NCBI GenBank assembly: GCA_951406725.2
Contig: OX597814.1
Coordinates: 23,250,001 to 23,314,000 of the forward strand
From: Octopus vulgaris
Taxonomy: Eukaryota
Direction: 5' to 3'
Length of the DNA: 64,000 bases
Positions 1 through 12,107 of the stretch are shown piece by piece (within the stretch, counting starts at the first letter, position 1; each line of letters begins with the position of its first letter). A program made the position numbers and the translations under genes. The notes beneath the pieces are model-generated. The model ran no database searches. It was not told where the DNA came from and saw only the letters and a list, made by a program, of their open reading frames with translations.

Positions 1-113
1 ATAGAAATATACAATATTTCAGATAATAATTGTAAAAGTAAAAGTTATGTAACATTTTCATTTATTGTTACTTTGTTGAAATTGATGTTGAATGAAGTCT
101 GTTAGCTGTGCAG

Positions 114-170
114 AAGCTGAGCAAGATATGGAAGAAATCAGTCAATTGCTTAGAGCAACCCACATTACAG
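114..170 (+). CDS. Candidate internal exon A of an unidentified gene (EAEQDMEEISQLLRATHIT)
   Basis: AG at 112-113 (alternative AG 104-105), CAG|GTGAAC donor at 171, open protein-like frame ending in phase 1. Weak polypyrimidine tract, no homology recognised. Confidence 0.4.
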
Positions 171-1030
171 GTGAACTGAATATACCATTCTTCAGTTTAT
201 TCTGGGATCACATTCAATATTTTTTTTGATGAATTTTTTGGCTTATATAATAATTATCAGGACTTGGGGCAACTACTTTCCATTAAATCTTATTATATAA
301 CTACCGTTGTTGTTGTTCTTGTTTAACTTAAGTCCTCTTTGACATAGGGGAAAAAAATTGATCAAAATCGTCATTGGAGCCTCAGCCACTCTCTGTTTGT
401 ATATGAAGGAATACATTGTTCAGTGTGTCCTTGATTTTGAGATGGTATGGTTTTGTTTTGAAGATGATTTAGTTGGTATTTCTAATATGTCAGGTGGCTA
501 CATAGAGGCTCTATCATTGGTTCAGTGTAAATGAACCAGTACAAGAATGAACCAGCTATGGAGCTTCTACTTTTACCAACCAAAATTTATCTAAATATGG
601 TATTTCAGCGCTCCAGTATTGGAGAGAAAATCGAGTCTTGAACTGTGATCTTTATATGTTAAGTATTTTAGAAATTTTTCTTTCAGTGTGAACATACTTT
701 ATTGTGCTGTGGCCAACCCATTACTATGTGACAATATTTAACATTTAGTGTAAGGATGAAATGGTAACAAGTTTCAAAGATAATATTTTTGGCTATCCAA
801 ATATAAAAGCATAAAAAAGAAACTTCAAAATATTAGAACTTTAAAAATTCGATTTTGATAAAGGTTTATTGAAAACATTGCTTTGATGCAAATTGTTATT
901 TTTTTTCATCTCTTCATTCTTCCTATTTCAATTTTCAAGATCTTAGAAGTAATTTTTTTACATTTTTTTTTTTTCGTTTTGTTTTCCATTCTATTCCTTT
1001 ATTTCTCATCAATTTTTATATAGTTTTCAG

Positions 1031-1061
1031 AAGAATTTGGGAAAGGAAAGAAATCATTGTT
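1031..1061 (+). CDS. Candidate exon B (EEFGKGKKSL)
   Basis: Long pyrimidine tract 960-1030 ending TTTTCAG and GTAAAT donor at 1062. Phase 1 in, phase 2 out, so it joins exons A and C in frame. Confidence 0.4.
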
Positions 1062-1280
1062 GTAAATCTCTTGTGATAATACTTTTTAAATATTTTTTTG
1101 CTTTGAATCAAGAGGCTAGCTAACATGTAAAGAGAACCTAGAATATTACTTTAAATTGGTATTATGTGACTATATTTTTTAAATTAATATCCTCTTTACT
1201 GTTTATTGGAAAAGGTTTAAAGGAGAATCTGATAAGATTGTTTTTATAAATTTCTGCTTTTGTTTATATTACTTTTTCAG

Positions 1281-1334
1281 AAGGATAGGTCTGTTGCCAG
1301 TCGATAAAGATTCTCTGAGAGTAAACCAATGGGA
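1281..1334 (+). CDS. Candidate exon C (RIGLLPVDKDSLRVNQW)
   Basis: TTTTTCAG acceptor and consensus GTAAGT donor at 1335. 54 nt long, and only the phase-2 frame is open, matching exon B. Confidence 0.5.
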
Positions 1335-1469
1335 GTAAGTATAGTGTTTACAGCAAGTTATGTTTCTCTGCTTCATTCCTTTTATGGCATTTGAATACAG
1401 TGGAAAAGTCAGCAAATTTCTGTGAATTACTGGTTATGACCAAAGTATTTCTTAATACAAATAGTTAGT

Positions 1470-1625
1470 TCACAGGCATGGTCATGTGGTTAAAAAGCTT
1501 AAATCAAAATGCATGATTCCAAGTTCAATTCTATTGAATGTCACCCTAGTTACATGAAATCTTCTACACTCAAGCTGACCAATGTGTGAAATTTGGTAAA
1601 TGGAAACTGTACAGAATCTCATTGT
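1470..1625 (+). mobile_element. Old degenerate tRNA-derived CORE-like SINE head
   Basis: Diverged match to the head of the SINE at 3920-4300 and 4826-4994 (tgtggtt..aagctt, gttcaatt, atttggtaaatggaaactg). Confidence 0.5.
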
Positions 1626-2028
1626 ATGTATGAATTCCTGGCCTTGGATGAAATTAATGTTCATTGTAAGATATTGAACTATTCTGCTTCCACAATAAAG
1701 CTTTACTTCACAAATACTGAATTAACTCTTTCTCAGTGTCACAGTTTCTGGTATGACCTAATTAGTTTTCTGTGTATGTGTGTGCTTATATGTGTGTATG
1801 TCAGCGAGGGTGTGAGTGTGTGTGCATATGTGTGTAGTGGTGTTGGATGTTAAAGTTACTGTGTTCATGAACAATGCTGTGTTCTAGTTCTTTCTTTTAT
1901 CTCAGTTAATTTTACCCTTTGTCTTTCATAAGAGCAATAAAATATGTACAAAGTACTGGGATCAATATCCACTATAAGGCCTAGTCCGTTTTGTGATGCG
2001 ATGACTTGTATGCCCCAGTCAGCCTGAT

Positions 2029-2418
2029 GGATGGAAGCACTCCGTTGGTTACGACGATGAGGGTTCCGGTTGATCCGAATCAATGGAACAGCCTGCTCAT
2101 GAAATTAACATGTAAGTGGCTGAGCACTCCACAGACACGTGTACCCTTAACGTAGCTCTCGGGGATATTCAGCGTGACACAGAGAGTGACAAGGCCGGCC
2201 CTTGAAATACAGGTACAACAGAAACAGGAAGTAAGAGTGAGAGAAAGTTGTGGTGAAAGAGTACAGCAGGGATCACCACCATCCCCTGCCGGAGCCTCGT
2301 GGAGCTTTTAGGTGTTTTCGCTCAATAAACACTCACAACGCCTGGTCTGGGAATCGAAACCGCGATCCTATGACCACGAGTCCGCTACCCTAACCACTGG
2401 GCCATTGCACCTCCACTT
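2029..2418 (-). mobile_element. Full-length tRNA-derived SINE (head A / tail A)
   Basis: Minus strand A box TGGCCCAGTGG and B box GGTTTCGATTCCC. 12-bp TSD AGTCAGCCTGAT at 2017-2028 and 2419-2430. Near-identical copies at 19562 and 20548. Confidence 0.9.
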
Positions 2419-2714
2419 AGTCAGCCTGATAGTTATGCCAGCAAAGCACAAACTCCTGCTAGTGCCTCTCATGCTGACCAGATCAAAGGATAGTGGCCAG
2501 AGCAATATCTTCTCAGAGATTAAAAATGAGTCTGTGTAGGGCCAATGCCCCAACCTAGTAAAAGGGTAAAGTCATAGAAGCATTGATAAAAATTCAAAAC
2601 TGAGACCTGAGTGAGACAGAAAAGAAAACCCAGAGTCAGGAACAGTGAATTGCTTATGCTTCATAAGGTGTGAAGGGCTTAAGTAAGTAACTGGGGTCAA
2701 TCTTGTGCTTTTCT

Positions 2715-3340
2715 TGAACTATATTTTTCTTCTCTCCAGACCTTTCGCCTTTCCTCTTTCTGATGAAGAGCCATGCTCAAAATGTTACACACCCCATCTT
2801 TTTTTCCATCCCATTAAATTCTCTGTGTACATCCTACTGACTTTTGTTGTTTTACTATTTACATTATTTACAATTGACAGATATTTGTCCTCATCTTGTT
2901 TGTTGTTAACACGTTTTGGCTGATACACCCTCCAGCCTTCGAATGACCATGTTGAAGCCTTCTTTTGATTTGTTTACAGTGAGGGCATAGAAGTGGCTGT
3001 GTGGTAAGTAGCTTGCATACAAACCACATGGTTCCAGGTTCAGTCCCACTGCATGGTAATTTCAAAACTGGCTTCTCATTCCTAAGGTATTTTTCGATGT
3101 TATTATAATAATTATTATTATTATTATCATTATAAATATTATTATTCAGGTCACTGCCTGGAATCGAACTCAGAATCTTGGAGTTAGTAGCCCATTCTCT
3201 TAACCACTACGCCATATGTCCGTGGGCTGGAGGATATACCAGCCGAAACACTGTGTTAACAACAAACAAGATGAGGACAAATATCCGTCAGTTGTAAATA
3301 ATGTAAATAATATACATAATTCCTCATCTCTTAATTATAG
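2715..3340. mobile_element. Penelope-like terminal-repeat relics with inverted arms and broken hammerhead motifs
   Basis: Inverted repeat 2857-2938 / 3226-3309. CTGATGA-A-GAGC-cat-GCTC-AAAA at 2760-2782 has G12 mutated. GGCTGG..CCAGCC-GAAAC at 3225-3249 lacks the 5' core. Confidence 0.55.
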
Positions 3341-3919
3341 AACTGCAATTTGTTGTTTTGTTTTTATATTTATTTTCAATTTGGGATTAATATATGTTAC
3401 TTGAAGGAAGCACCGCATCCTGATTACATTCCAATGATTGACACCAATAAAAGGACAAAGTGAGTATAAGCAATGAAACCAGGCTTCAGCAAAATCTTAC
3501 AGAGTTCTAAAGTAAATAAGATTCTAAATTACTGGAAAGCAATCATGACCTTAAGCATTTGTCGTGTACTCTAATCTTATGCTTGGACTTCATATTTTTG
3601 CAGTCATTATTCAACAAGTAATTTACAAAGAGTAAAAATCTACCATGACAAGTGCTGAAGTTAAAGATATGGAAGCACGAAGTTAAATCTTACTTAATTT
3701 AGACCTAAGTAAATATAGTGGTTTCAAATTTTGACACAAGGCCAGAAATTTTGGGGGAGGGAGAAAGTCGATTACACCAACCTCAGTGGTCAACTGGTAT
3801 TTATTTTATTGCCTGGATAGAAAGTGACTAATTTGATAGGGCAGTGGATGATTGACTGAAGTGTTGGTAGTTTCTCTTCTCTTATAAGAATTGCACTTTA
3901 TTCCTGTCAGATGTCCCTC

Positions 3920-4300
3920 TTTACTCTTTACTCTTTTACTTGTTTCAGTCATTTGACTGTGGCCATGCTGGAGCAAATCGACCCTAGGACTTATTCTTTG
4001 TAAGCCTAGTACTTATTCTATTGGTCTCTTTTGCTGAACCGCTAAGTTACGGGGACGTAAACACACCAGCATCGGTTGTCAAGTGATGCTGGGGGACAAA
4101 CACAGACACACAAACACACACACACACACACATACATATACATACGATGGGCTTCTTTCAGTTTCCGTCTACCAAATCCACTCACAAGGCTTTGGTTGGC
4201 CCGAGGCTATGGTAGAAGACACTTGCCCAAGGTACCATGCAGTGGGACTGAAGCTGGAACCATGTGGTTTGTATGCAAGCTACTTACCACACAGCCACTT
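3920..4300 (-). mobile_element. tRNA-derived CORE-like SINE with internal (CA)/(TA) microsatellite
   Basis: Minus strand head AGTGGCTGTGTGGTAAG..TTCAGTCCC, CORE-like CCTTGGGCAAGTGTCTT, tail (AAAAGAGT)n. Many copies in the window. Confidence 0.9.
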
Positions 4301-4994
4301 TTATGCCCTCACTGTAAATAAATCAAAAGAAGGCTTCAACATGGTCGTTTTACCTGCTATTACACCCTAAGATTATGAAAAGTGATGAGCACATTAGATA
4401 ATGCTGTCCGAGATAAGCAATGTTCAGCAGATGAAAAAGTGGACACTTTGATAATAAATCTGTTCATTCTAGAACTAAAAAACAACAAAAACAATATATT
4501 CATGAAAAATTTAGCCAATACAGAAGACAACAAAATGTACAATCACAAATATAAAACCTTCAGCTATTAAATACCAATTTAAGCACTTTCAGTGTTAGAT
4601 ATGTTCTTTCAATAGAAATGTATACAGTGATGGTTCATTATAATAATTACATTTTTTTGCATTAATTTTGAAAGCATTTATCTTTTTCATTTTACAATAG
4701 TAGTATCTATGTATTAGTTTTATTGATTATTTATTCATTTAATCTTCACATTAAGTAATTCAAGTAGTATTTTTGAGAGTGAAAGTATTACATTTTCTAA
4801 CCTTATGTAAATATGTGTATATAGGTCTAGGCGTGGCTGTCTGGTAAGAAGCTTGCTTCCCAACCACATGTCCCTGGTTTCAGTTCCACAATGTGGCACC
4901 TTGGTCAAGTGTCTTCTACAATAGCCTCAGAGCCTCAGACTGACCAATGCCTTGTGAGTGAATTTGTTAGATGGAAATTGAAAGAAGCTCGTCG

Positions 4995-5021
<27 letters not shown>

Positions 5022-5025
<4 letters not shown>

Positions 5026-5271
5026 TATTACATTATATAAAAGGGCTTAGTAAAATAAATTACTTTGCCGCATACTGAACTCATTAGAAATAGCAGCTAA
5101 AAAACTTTTTAAAGCTATTTCTAATACTTAAAGAAAATCTCTCTCATATGAGAGAGATTTTCTTTAAGTATTAGAAATAGCTTTAAAAAAGTTTTTTAGC
5201 TGCTATTTCTAATGAGTTCAGTATGCAAAGTAATTTATTTTACTAAGCCCTTTTATATAATGTAATAATTT
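5022..5271. repeat. Spacer-less palindrome with about 125-bp arms
   Basis: Centre CTCTCAT|ATGAGAG at 5147/5148. Arms match apart from two small indels. Confidence 0.95.
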
Positions 5272-5358
5272 GAATTCGCCTTAAATGGTCCCTTTGCATA
5301 CTGAACACTTGGTGAAATTGATTAATAATTAATTAATTTTACCCTCAATTGTTGAAAT

Positions 5359-5386
<28 letters not shown>

Positions 5387-5389
<3 letters not shown>

Positions 5390-5801
5390 TTATAAAAAAG
5401 AAGTTTGAAAACGCCACTATATAAGATAAATTTTAATTTCCTTAGAAATTTTACATGTTATGGTTCTTCTTGCAAAAACGAACCTTATCAAAAATATTTT
5501 AAAAAGCTAAGTGTAATAAAAAAGTTCATAATTGTTTCTTACTGGTCTCAACAGAATCCATGTGGTGGTGTTTTGTCGGTAGTGAATATAATAGCTGTAT
5601 GTTTCAAGTTGAGTGCAATAAAAAAGTTCATAATTGTTCAGACCAGTAAGAAACAATTATGAACTTTTTAATTACACTTAACTTTTTAAAATATCTTTGA
5701 TAAGGTTCGTTTTTTCAAGAAAAACCGAAACATGTAATATTTCTTAGAAAATTAAAATTTATCTTATATAGTGGCGTTTTCAAACTTCTTTTTTATAAAT
5801 A
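5387..5801. mobile_element. Penelope-like fold-back insertion (about 160-bp inverted arms)
   Basis: Arms 5387-5548 and 5640-5801, flanked by (TA)n. Each arm carries a hammerhead-like motif. Confidence 0.75.
5693..5740 (+). ncRNA. Minimal type I hammerhead motif, U3-A8 variant
   Basis: ATCT-TTGATAA-GGTT..AACC-GAAA-CATG-TA-ATAT with palindromic helix III ACATGT and GUA site. Helix I has one mismatch here but is perfect (ATTT/AAAT) in the mirror arm. Confidence 0.65.
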
Positions 5802-6023
5802 TATACCCACTTGTATACGATCTACACTTATTATAAATATATATATATATATATATCATATATATGTATTTTATTGATTTATATTATTTGTATTATTATG
5901 TATATATATATGTGTATGTATAACAGTATGAGTATATGCACTCATATATATATGTAAATGATTTTTTATGGGTATGTACCCACACTTATATGAGTATATA
6001 TGTAATTTGGTTTATACTTTAGA

Positions 6024-6150
6024 ATCTCCGAAGAGGCCTTAAGATATATTTGTAAATGTCTCATTCTTAACTCCATATTGGCATACTATACATGGCTAAT
6101 ATGGGTAAAATGAGGCATATTTATCTGCATGGCCGAAACAGCTGTAAGAT
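6024..6150 (+). ncRNA. Type I hammerhead motif with about 100-nt helix II
   Basis: ATCT-CCGAAGA-GGCC-[long hairpin]-GGCC-GAAA-CAGCTG-TA-AGAT. U4C core variant, palindromic helix III ACAGCTGT. Confidence 0.7.
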
Positions 6151-6394
6151 ATAGTGTATATTTATATTTATATCTATTTATATTTTTTAATTTATATCCT
6201 CTTATAATGATTGTACCTATTGTATTGTATTACTCATTCATGTACGCTGTTTTGTTTAACCTTAATGTTCTTATGTAGTGGTTCAATAAAGTATGTGATT
6301 GGGTATTATCTAGTAGTTGATTAATGATTTAGATGTATTTCTCCATTTTCTGATTTTGTTTTATATATATACATACATATATATATATATGATT

Positions 6395-6451
6395 TTGATT
6401 TTTGATTTTTCCAGTTTCAGCTTATGAGCTGTGGCCATGCTGGGGCATCGC

Positions 6452-6456
<5 letters not shown>
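6395..6456 (-). mobile_element. Short LINE/SINE 3' tail fragment
   Basis: Minus strand GGCGATGCCCCAGCATGGCCACAGCTCATAAGCTGAAACTGG followed by (AAAAATC)n. Same tail type as 38724-38765. Confidence 0.7.
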
Positions 6457-6494
<38 letters not shown>

Positions 6495-6503
6495 TATGTA
6501 TAC

Positions 6504-6556
<53 letters not shown>

Positions 6557-6572
6557 TATGTATACATATATA
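6457..6572. repeat. (TA)n microsatellite
   Basis: Direct inspection. Confidence 0.95.
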
Positions 6573-8025
6573 TGTGTGTGTATATATTTATGTGTGTCTG
6601 TTTGTCCTCCCACTATTGCTTGACAACCGATGCTGGCATGTTTATGTCCCTGTAACTTAGCAGTTCAGCAAGAAGAGACCAATAGAATAAGTACTAGGCT
6701 TACAAAGAATGAGCCCTGGAGTCGATTTCTTCAACTAAAACCCTTTAAGGTGGTGCTCCAGCATGGCTGCCGTCAAATGACTGAAACAGGTAAAAAAATA
6801 AAAGAATAATATATATATATATATATAAGTATTGTTTATGACCACTTTAATGTGGCTATCCTCTAAGAGACATCAATACTGCTATTTTAACCCCAGGAAG
6901 ACATCTCCTCCAGCTGGTTTATTCAGTGCACTTCTTGCACTCAATATTTATTGCAGTGAGAGATAACTCCTACCACCCTAGCTCCAAGAACACCAGACCA
7001 CGTGGTTTTTATCTGTACTGGATCTCCTCAGTGGTGTAGTTCCAAGCATGGCAACAGCCTAATGTCACTTGTAATATATACAAAACACAGAGTGATACAG
7101 TTACTAATTTTGAAGAAACAAGTTAGAAAATCCCTGTTCAAGATAGAAGTAGTATACGAACCAAAAAGTATTGTTTATCACCACTTTAATCTTAATATAT
7201 AAAACAGAGGTGGTGTGTGTGTGTGTGTGTGTATGTATGTTCCTTATGCCTCTGAAAATTGAATTGCCAATTTTGATGTATGAGGTATCAAAAGATTCAG
7301 TAATATTTCAGCTATCAAATAAAGTATGATTGTTTGCACAACTCTTTTTTACTACAAAAATAATATCGAAAATGAGGTCAGGTCACACAATTTTGAGGTC
7401 TTTAGCTAAGGAAGGTAACTCTGCCTGATCAATAATTTCTTAAGAAATCTGGACGCCTTTCTTACTGCTAACCATTCAACATCAAATTACAATTGTTAAT
7501 TTTTGAAAGTCAAGTAGACTAAGATGTGCAGATTGTATTACCATATCAAGTGGAAGTTCAATACAAAGTTTTGAATTCATTATCTTGAAGCCAGGAAGTC
7601 TTTAAGCATTATTTTACTGGGTTTAGTCTTTTGACTGATGTCATGATGGGGTATCACCTTCAAAAATTTAATTGACCATTCTGACCTCAGTACGTATTTC
7701 AATCAGGCATTTATTTTATAGATCTCTGCTTAATGAACTGCTAACTTAGAGATATAGTGAGACACAATACTTGATTTAACAACGAATGTACACACACACG
7801 TATTAGGTGCAAGAATAACTGTGTGGTTGAGAAGTTTGCTTCCCAACTAAGTGATCCACGTTCAGTAACTCTGCATGATACCTTGGGCAAGTGTTTTCTG
7901 CTATAGCCCTAGGCCAACCACAGACTTTACATGCCAATCGAGGAAGGCAAGCTAACAGAATGTGTACTCATGACTCTTGCTTCTGCTTTTTTCCATGGGT
8001 GCTTGTTTATTTTATTTATTTCTTA

Positions 8026-8096
8026 TCGTAATCTCTGCTGAAGAGGGAAAAATCAGTGGGATTAATCCCGAAATTGATTCAATATAGAGATAACGA
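8026..8096 (+). ncRNA. Type I hammerhead ribozyme with intact canonical core
   Basis: TCGT-A-ATCTCTG / CTGAAGA / GGGA..AATC..GATT..TCCC / GAAA / TTGATTCAA / TA / TAGAGAT-A-ACGA. Predicted cleavage after A8084. Confidence 0.85.
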
Positions 8097-8533
8097 ATTA
8101 AAAAACAATTCTGTTAGTTTGTCTTCCTTGATTTCAGCACAACGTGTATTCGTGGTGAATGTATATTGAAATGTGGTGATTGACGATTTAAAGTCTATTC
8201 TCAGCATATTGGCATGGAAATCTTTTTTCTTTTGCCCTTGTTTTATAATTGTTTATAATTTTCACCTTTAAAGGTATTTTAATATGCTGCCAATTTGACG
8301 AATTTTGTTTTTGGAAAAAAATTTTATCCTAAATTAGAATTAAATTTATTACCATTCACTTCGGGACTGGTAACCACTAAAAGTTGTGGTTTGTGACCAG
8401 TCACACGTGTGCTGAGGCTTGCTAAAGGATTTTGCATTTAGATATAACTGGGGTACATATATGTACTCATGACTCTTGCTTCTGCTTTTTTCCATTGGTG
8501 CTTGTAAGTATTTCCTTTATTTAATATCGTATA

Positions 8534-8590
8534 CTCTACTGAAGAGGGGAAAATCCGTGGGATTAATCCCCAAATTGATTCAATATAGAG
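8534..8590 (+). ncRNA. Second hammerhead copy, probably inactive
   Basis: Same fold as 8026-8096 but GAAA is changed to CAAA (G12C at 8571). Confidence 0.7.
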
Positions 8591-8720
8591 ATAACGAATT
8601 TAAAAAAAATTCTGTTAGCTTGCCTTCCTCGATTTCAGCACAACGTGTATTCATGATGAAATGTGGTGATTGACGATATAATTGTGTGTGTATGTGTGTA
8701 TACATATATATATATATATC

Positions 8721-8751
<31 letters not shown>

Positions 8752-9267
8752 GAGAAAGGTTGAGTTCAATTGCATCCTTTTACTTTTGGTAGGGAGTCCA
8801 AAGTCAGATTTCTAATAAAGATTCTTCATATTAAATTGGTAGCTTACTATTGTAAGTATTTTTTTTTTAAATATGAAAATGTTACAAGTATAAGGTGTGT
8901 TATGAGCATTTATAGAACATGTATCCTATAGAAACTCAACAAGCAATTAAAGCTGGAGAAGAGAAGGTGTTAAAAGTTTTATAAAATTTTAATCCATGCA
9001 TCCATGTAACACCAACATGTAAGAAACATGGAAAATATTAAATTAATTATAATTAAATTAATTAGAATTACATATTACCATTCTCCTCAGTGCAAAAAGA
9101 AGAATACATCAGAGAGAAAATATCAGAAGAATATTATGTTGTTACAAAAGACTATATGGAGTCCGTGTCGCATAACTCATTTAGATATTCATAAAATGAT
9201 TATGAAAGATGAAATCTAGTAACATGCTTAGTAGTGTTGAGTCTAGTTGTGTAAGAACAGATATATA

Positions 9268-9775
9268 CCATAAATCCTCAGGTATAGTCTACCCTTGAGT
9301 ATAATACACAGGATTTTTAGGGGACTGTACCTCTGAAAAACTTAAATCTTGTGTATAATACGCACCCTTTCTCTAACTTGAGTCAAGGAGGTCTATATAA
9401 CGTCCTTGGTTTGTAATACTGTATACGGTAACGTCTTTTATTATTATTGTATATATAACATAATGCAAACGTGTAGCTTTTTGTGCATTTTGTTTGCAGA
9501 AAATAAAGAAATAGCAGTAATAACGTTTAATAAATGTTGCTTATTGCAAGTTATGAATGATTCTTTTATGACTTCATTGCTTTCAGACTTAGCTTAAGGA
9601 ATTTTCGCGCCCGACATCACAAAATGTGTCTGAATAAACATTGCAGGACAGCAAATAGAGACTCGGACATTGCTGAGAAAATAATTTTCATTTTTAACCA
9701 TGTATATAGTACGCACTAGGGAATTTGACCTTTAAATTTTGGGAAAAAAATGCAGATTATATTCGAGGATTTACA

Positions 9776-9776
<1 letters not shown>
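9268..9776. mobile_element. Non-autonomous pogo/Tc2-like MITE
   Basis: Degenerate TIRs CCATAAATCCTCAGGTATAGTCT / AGATTATATTCGAGGATTTACAG, flanked by TA. Confidence 0.7.
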
Positions 9777-9852
<76 letters not shown>

Positions 9853-11345
9853 TTTATGTATGTGTGTGTGTATATTATGTATGTGTGTATTTATGTATGC
9901 ACTGCGACTTTGCTAAGGCATCCCTTAAAGAGACGGTTAACTTCAATATAAAACCCACTGCCCTACTGAGCCAGATATCTTGCAATTTGCTTGTCTCTGG
10001 GCTTCTTTGTATTGCTAGTGAGAGTTATTGTGATGTTGTGCAAGCCACACTTAGCTTAAAGCTCTTTTATGGGTATTGCAGTCACTGAACACTTAACACC
10101 TGTTCTGCCAACGATGGTCATGCACATCTAACAAGTTGACAGTCATCATCTATGTATGACAACTTTCTGCATAATTCTGTCGACTGAATTCCATTCATGA
10201 AGCTAACGGAGAAAACACTTTTCCAAGTGGGATTGAACCCAGAAATTTTTGTGAAGTGAACTTTTGAACTACAAGGAAATTGTATTTACTCAACAATTTG
10301 AAAGAGATTATATCAAGTATACAGAATACTGAAATACATATTTTATGGCTTCAAGTTTAAACCATTCAATAAGCATTTTGTCATGGTTCTATTCAAGACT
10401 CCTCTGTAAACTATTTCTATTAGTGTAAATGAAATAAGTGCTATACTCTCTTAACATTTCAATACATCCAAATAAAGTATCCTGTTGTAAAAGGAAAAAA
10501 AAGACATATGTCTTCCTGTAACAATTCATTAGATATTATGCAAATATTCTGAAGTATTCCACCAATTGAAAATGGAATATTACAGACCAATACAGAAACA
10601 AAAGTCATTAAGATTACCAAAAATACAGTTATTAGGAACTGGTACTTTATAAATAAACTCATAAATTAGAAAGTGAGATCTTTTAGAGGATTTAAAGTTA
10701 GACTTTGTACATCTCTCCATCTCCTTTTCTCTCTCACTCTCTCTTTAAATATCTATCTATCTATCAATCTATCTCTTTCTCTCTCTCTCTCTATCTATCT
10801 ATAAATCTATCTATCTATCTAACTATCTATCTATCCTGTCTCATAAAGTAATTTACTTTATCACTCCCTTTTTACAACACATTATTGATACATGCATAAA
10901 ATGTCATAGATTTTAATTCATTGTAAAGGAAATTTCATTACGTAACAATGGAATAATTAACAGCAAAGCATGAATCTTTTATTGGTGTGCACTAATTACA
11001 GTCAGTAGTGCTAATTGCATTCAGTACCTTTTGTTTCTTTCTTTTGCTTCTGTATAGCTTTGAAATGCAATCTAAAGTTAGTAGTGACAATTCTATCAAA
11101 TGATCTTACATCACATCATCTACTACTTAAACCATCACAATAACTACAAGCACAGCAAACACCACCATCACCACCACCACGCTCATCATCATCGTCATCA
11201 TCATCATCATCATTGTCACCGTCAGCAGTATCAGCATCAGCAACAATCATTAACAAAAAAAAGATGATTTTCCTATAATTTGATCACCTATGATGTTTGC
11301 TGTTTAATTTACAACCTTGCTTTTTGCATTATTTTTATTAGTACT

Positions 11346-11386
11346 TTTATTATTATCATTATTATTATTACTATTATTATTATTAC

Positions 11387-11438
<52 letters not shown>

Positions 11439-11468
11439 GTTATTATTATCATTATTATTATTATTATT
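11346..11468. repeat. (ATT)n microsatellite
   Basis: Direct inspection. Confidence 0.95.
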
Positions 11469-11772
11469 GGTTGCTTCCACATGGTGTTACTTATTGAAAA
11501 AAAATGAAATTTAGCATTTGGATATAAGTAATGAGGCCTATTGAATATTAGATAATGGTGCAACCCACACGTGAGCTAATGACTAGTCTAAGGGAAGACA
11601 AAATGGCAGATAAAAAAATCTAATGGACAAAATGACATATGCATGTGTGTATGTGCACTTGTGTGTATGTGCACTTGTGTGTATTTATGTGTATGCATGC
11701 ATATATATCTAACAGCATATATGCACATATACACATATTCATACACACACAGATGTATGTATATATATATAA

Positions 11773-11856
<84 letters not shown>

Positions 11857-12107
11857 TTTGATCGAAATGAAAGTTGTTGACTATGAATTGGACATAATAA
11901 GGTTATGAGGCTAAAATTGTATGTTTATTAAAAAAAAAGTATGCTTTAGATTTCGAATCACCCATTAAATGTGATGTAGGATACTATGAATGAATTAATT
12001 AATCCATGCTGGCGGTGCATGCACTATTATGCAATTGACTGAGTCCTAGTTTTTATACTCCATAAATGGTAACATTCTATAAGCACTCTGTAAGCAGTAG
12101 ATATTCT

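Larger units (their letters stand above)
4826..6808 (+). mobile_element. CORE-like SINE split by about 1.6 kb of nested insertions
   Basis: 5' half 4826-4994 and 3' half 6570-6808 are collinear with the intact copy at 3920-4300. The nested DNA sits in its (TA)n tract. Confidence 0.8.
7963..8676 (+). mobile_element. About 500-bp period partial tandem repeat with one hammerhead per unit (Penelope pLTR / retrozyme-like)
   Basis: 7963-8186 recurs at 8462-8676. Both copies contain the hammerhead motif. Confidence 0.75.

Noticed and set aside
2340-2415. tRNA gene candidates in SINE heads
   Set aside because: A and B boxes are present, but there is no complete acceptor stem and they are fused to SINE bodies with TSDs.
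6361-6660. Overlapping YI/IY, VC, MYVC and poly-I/L ORFs here and at 9.7, 11.3, 27.6, 43.8, 54.4, 55.6, 60.0 and 61.0 kb
   Set aside because: They are translations of stop-free microsatellites.
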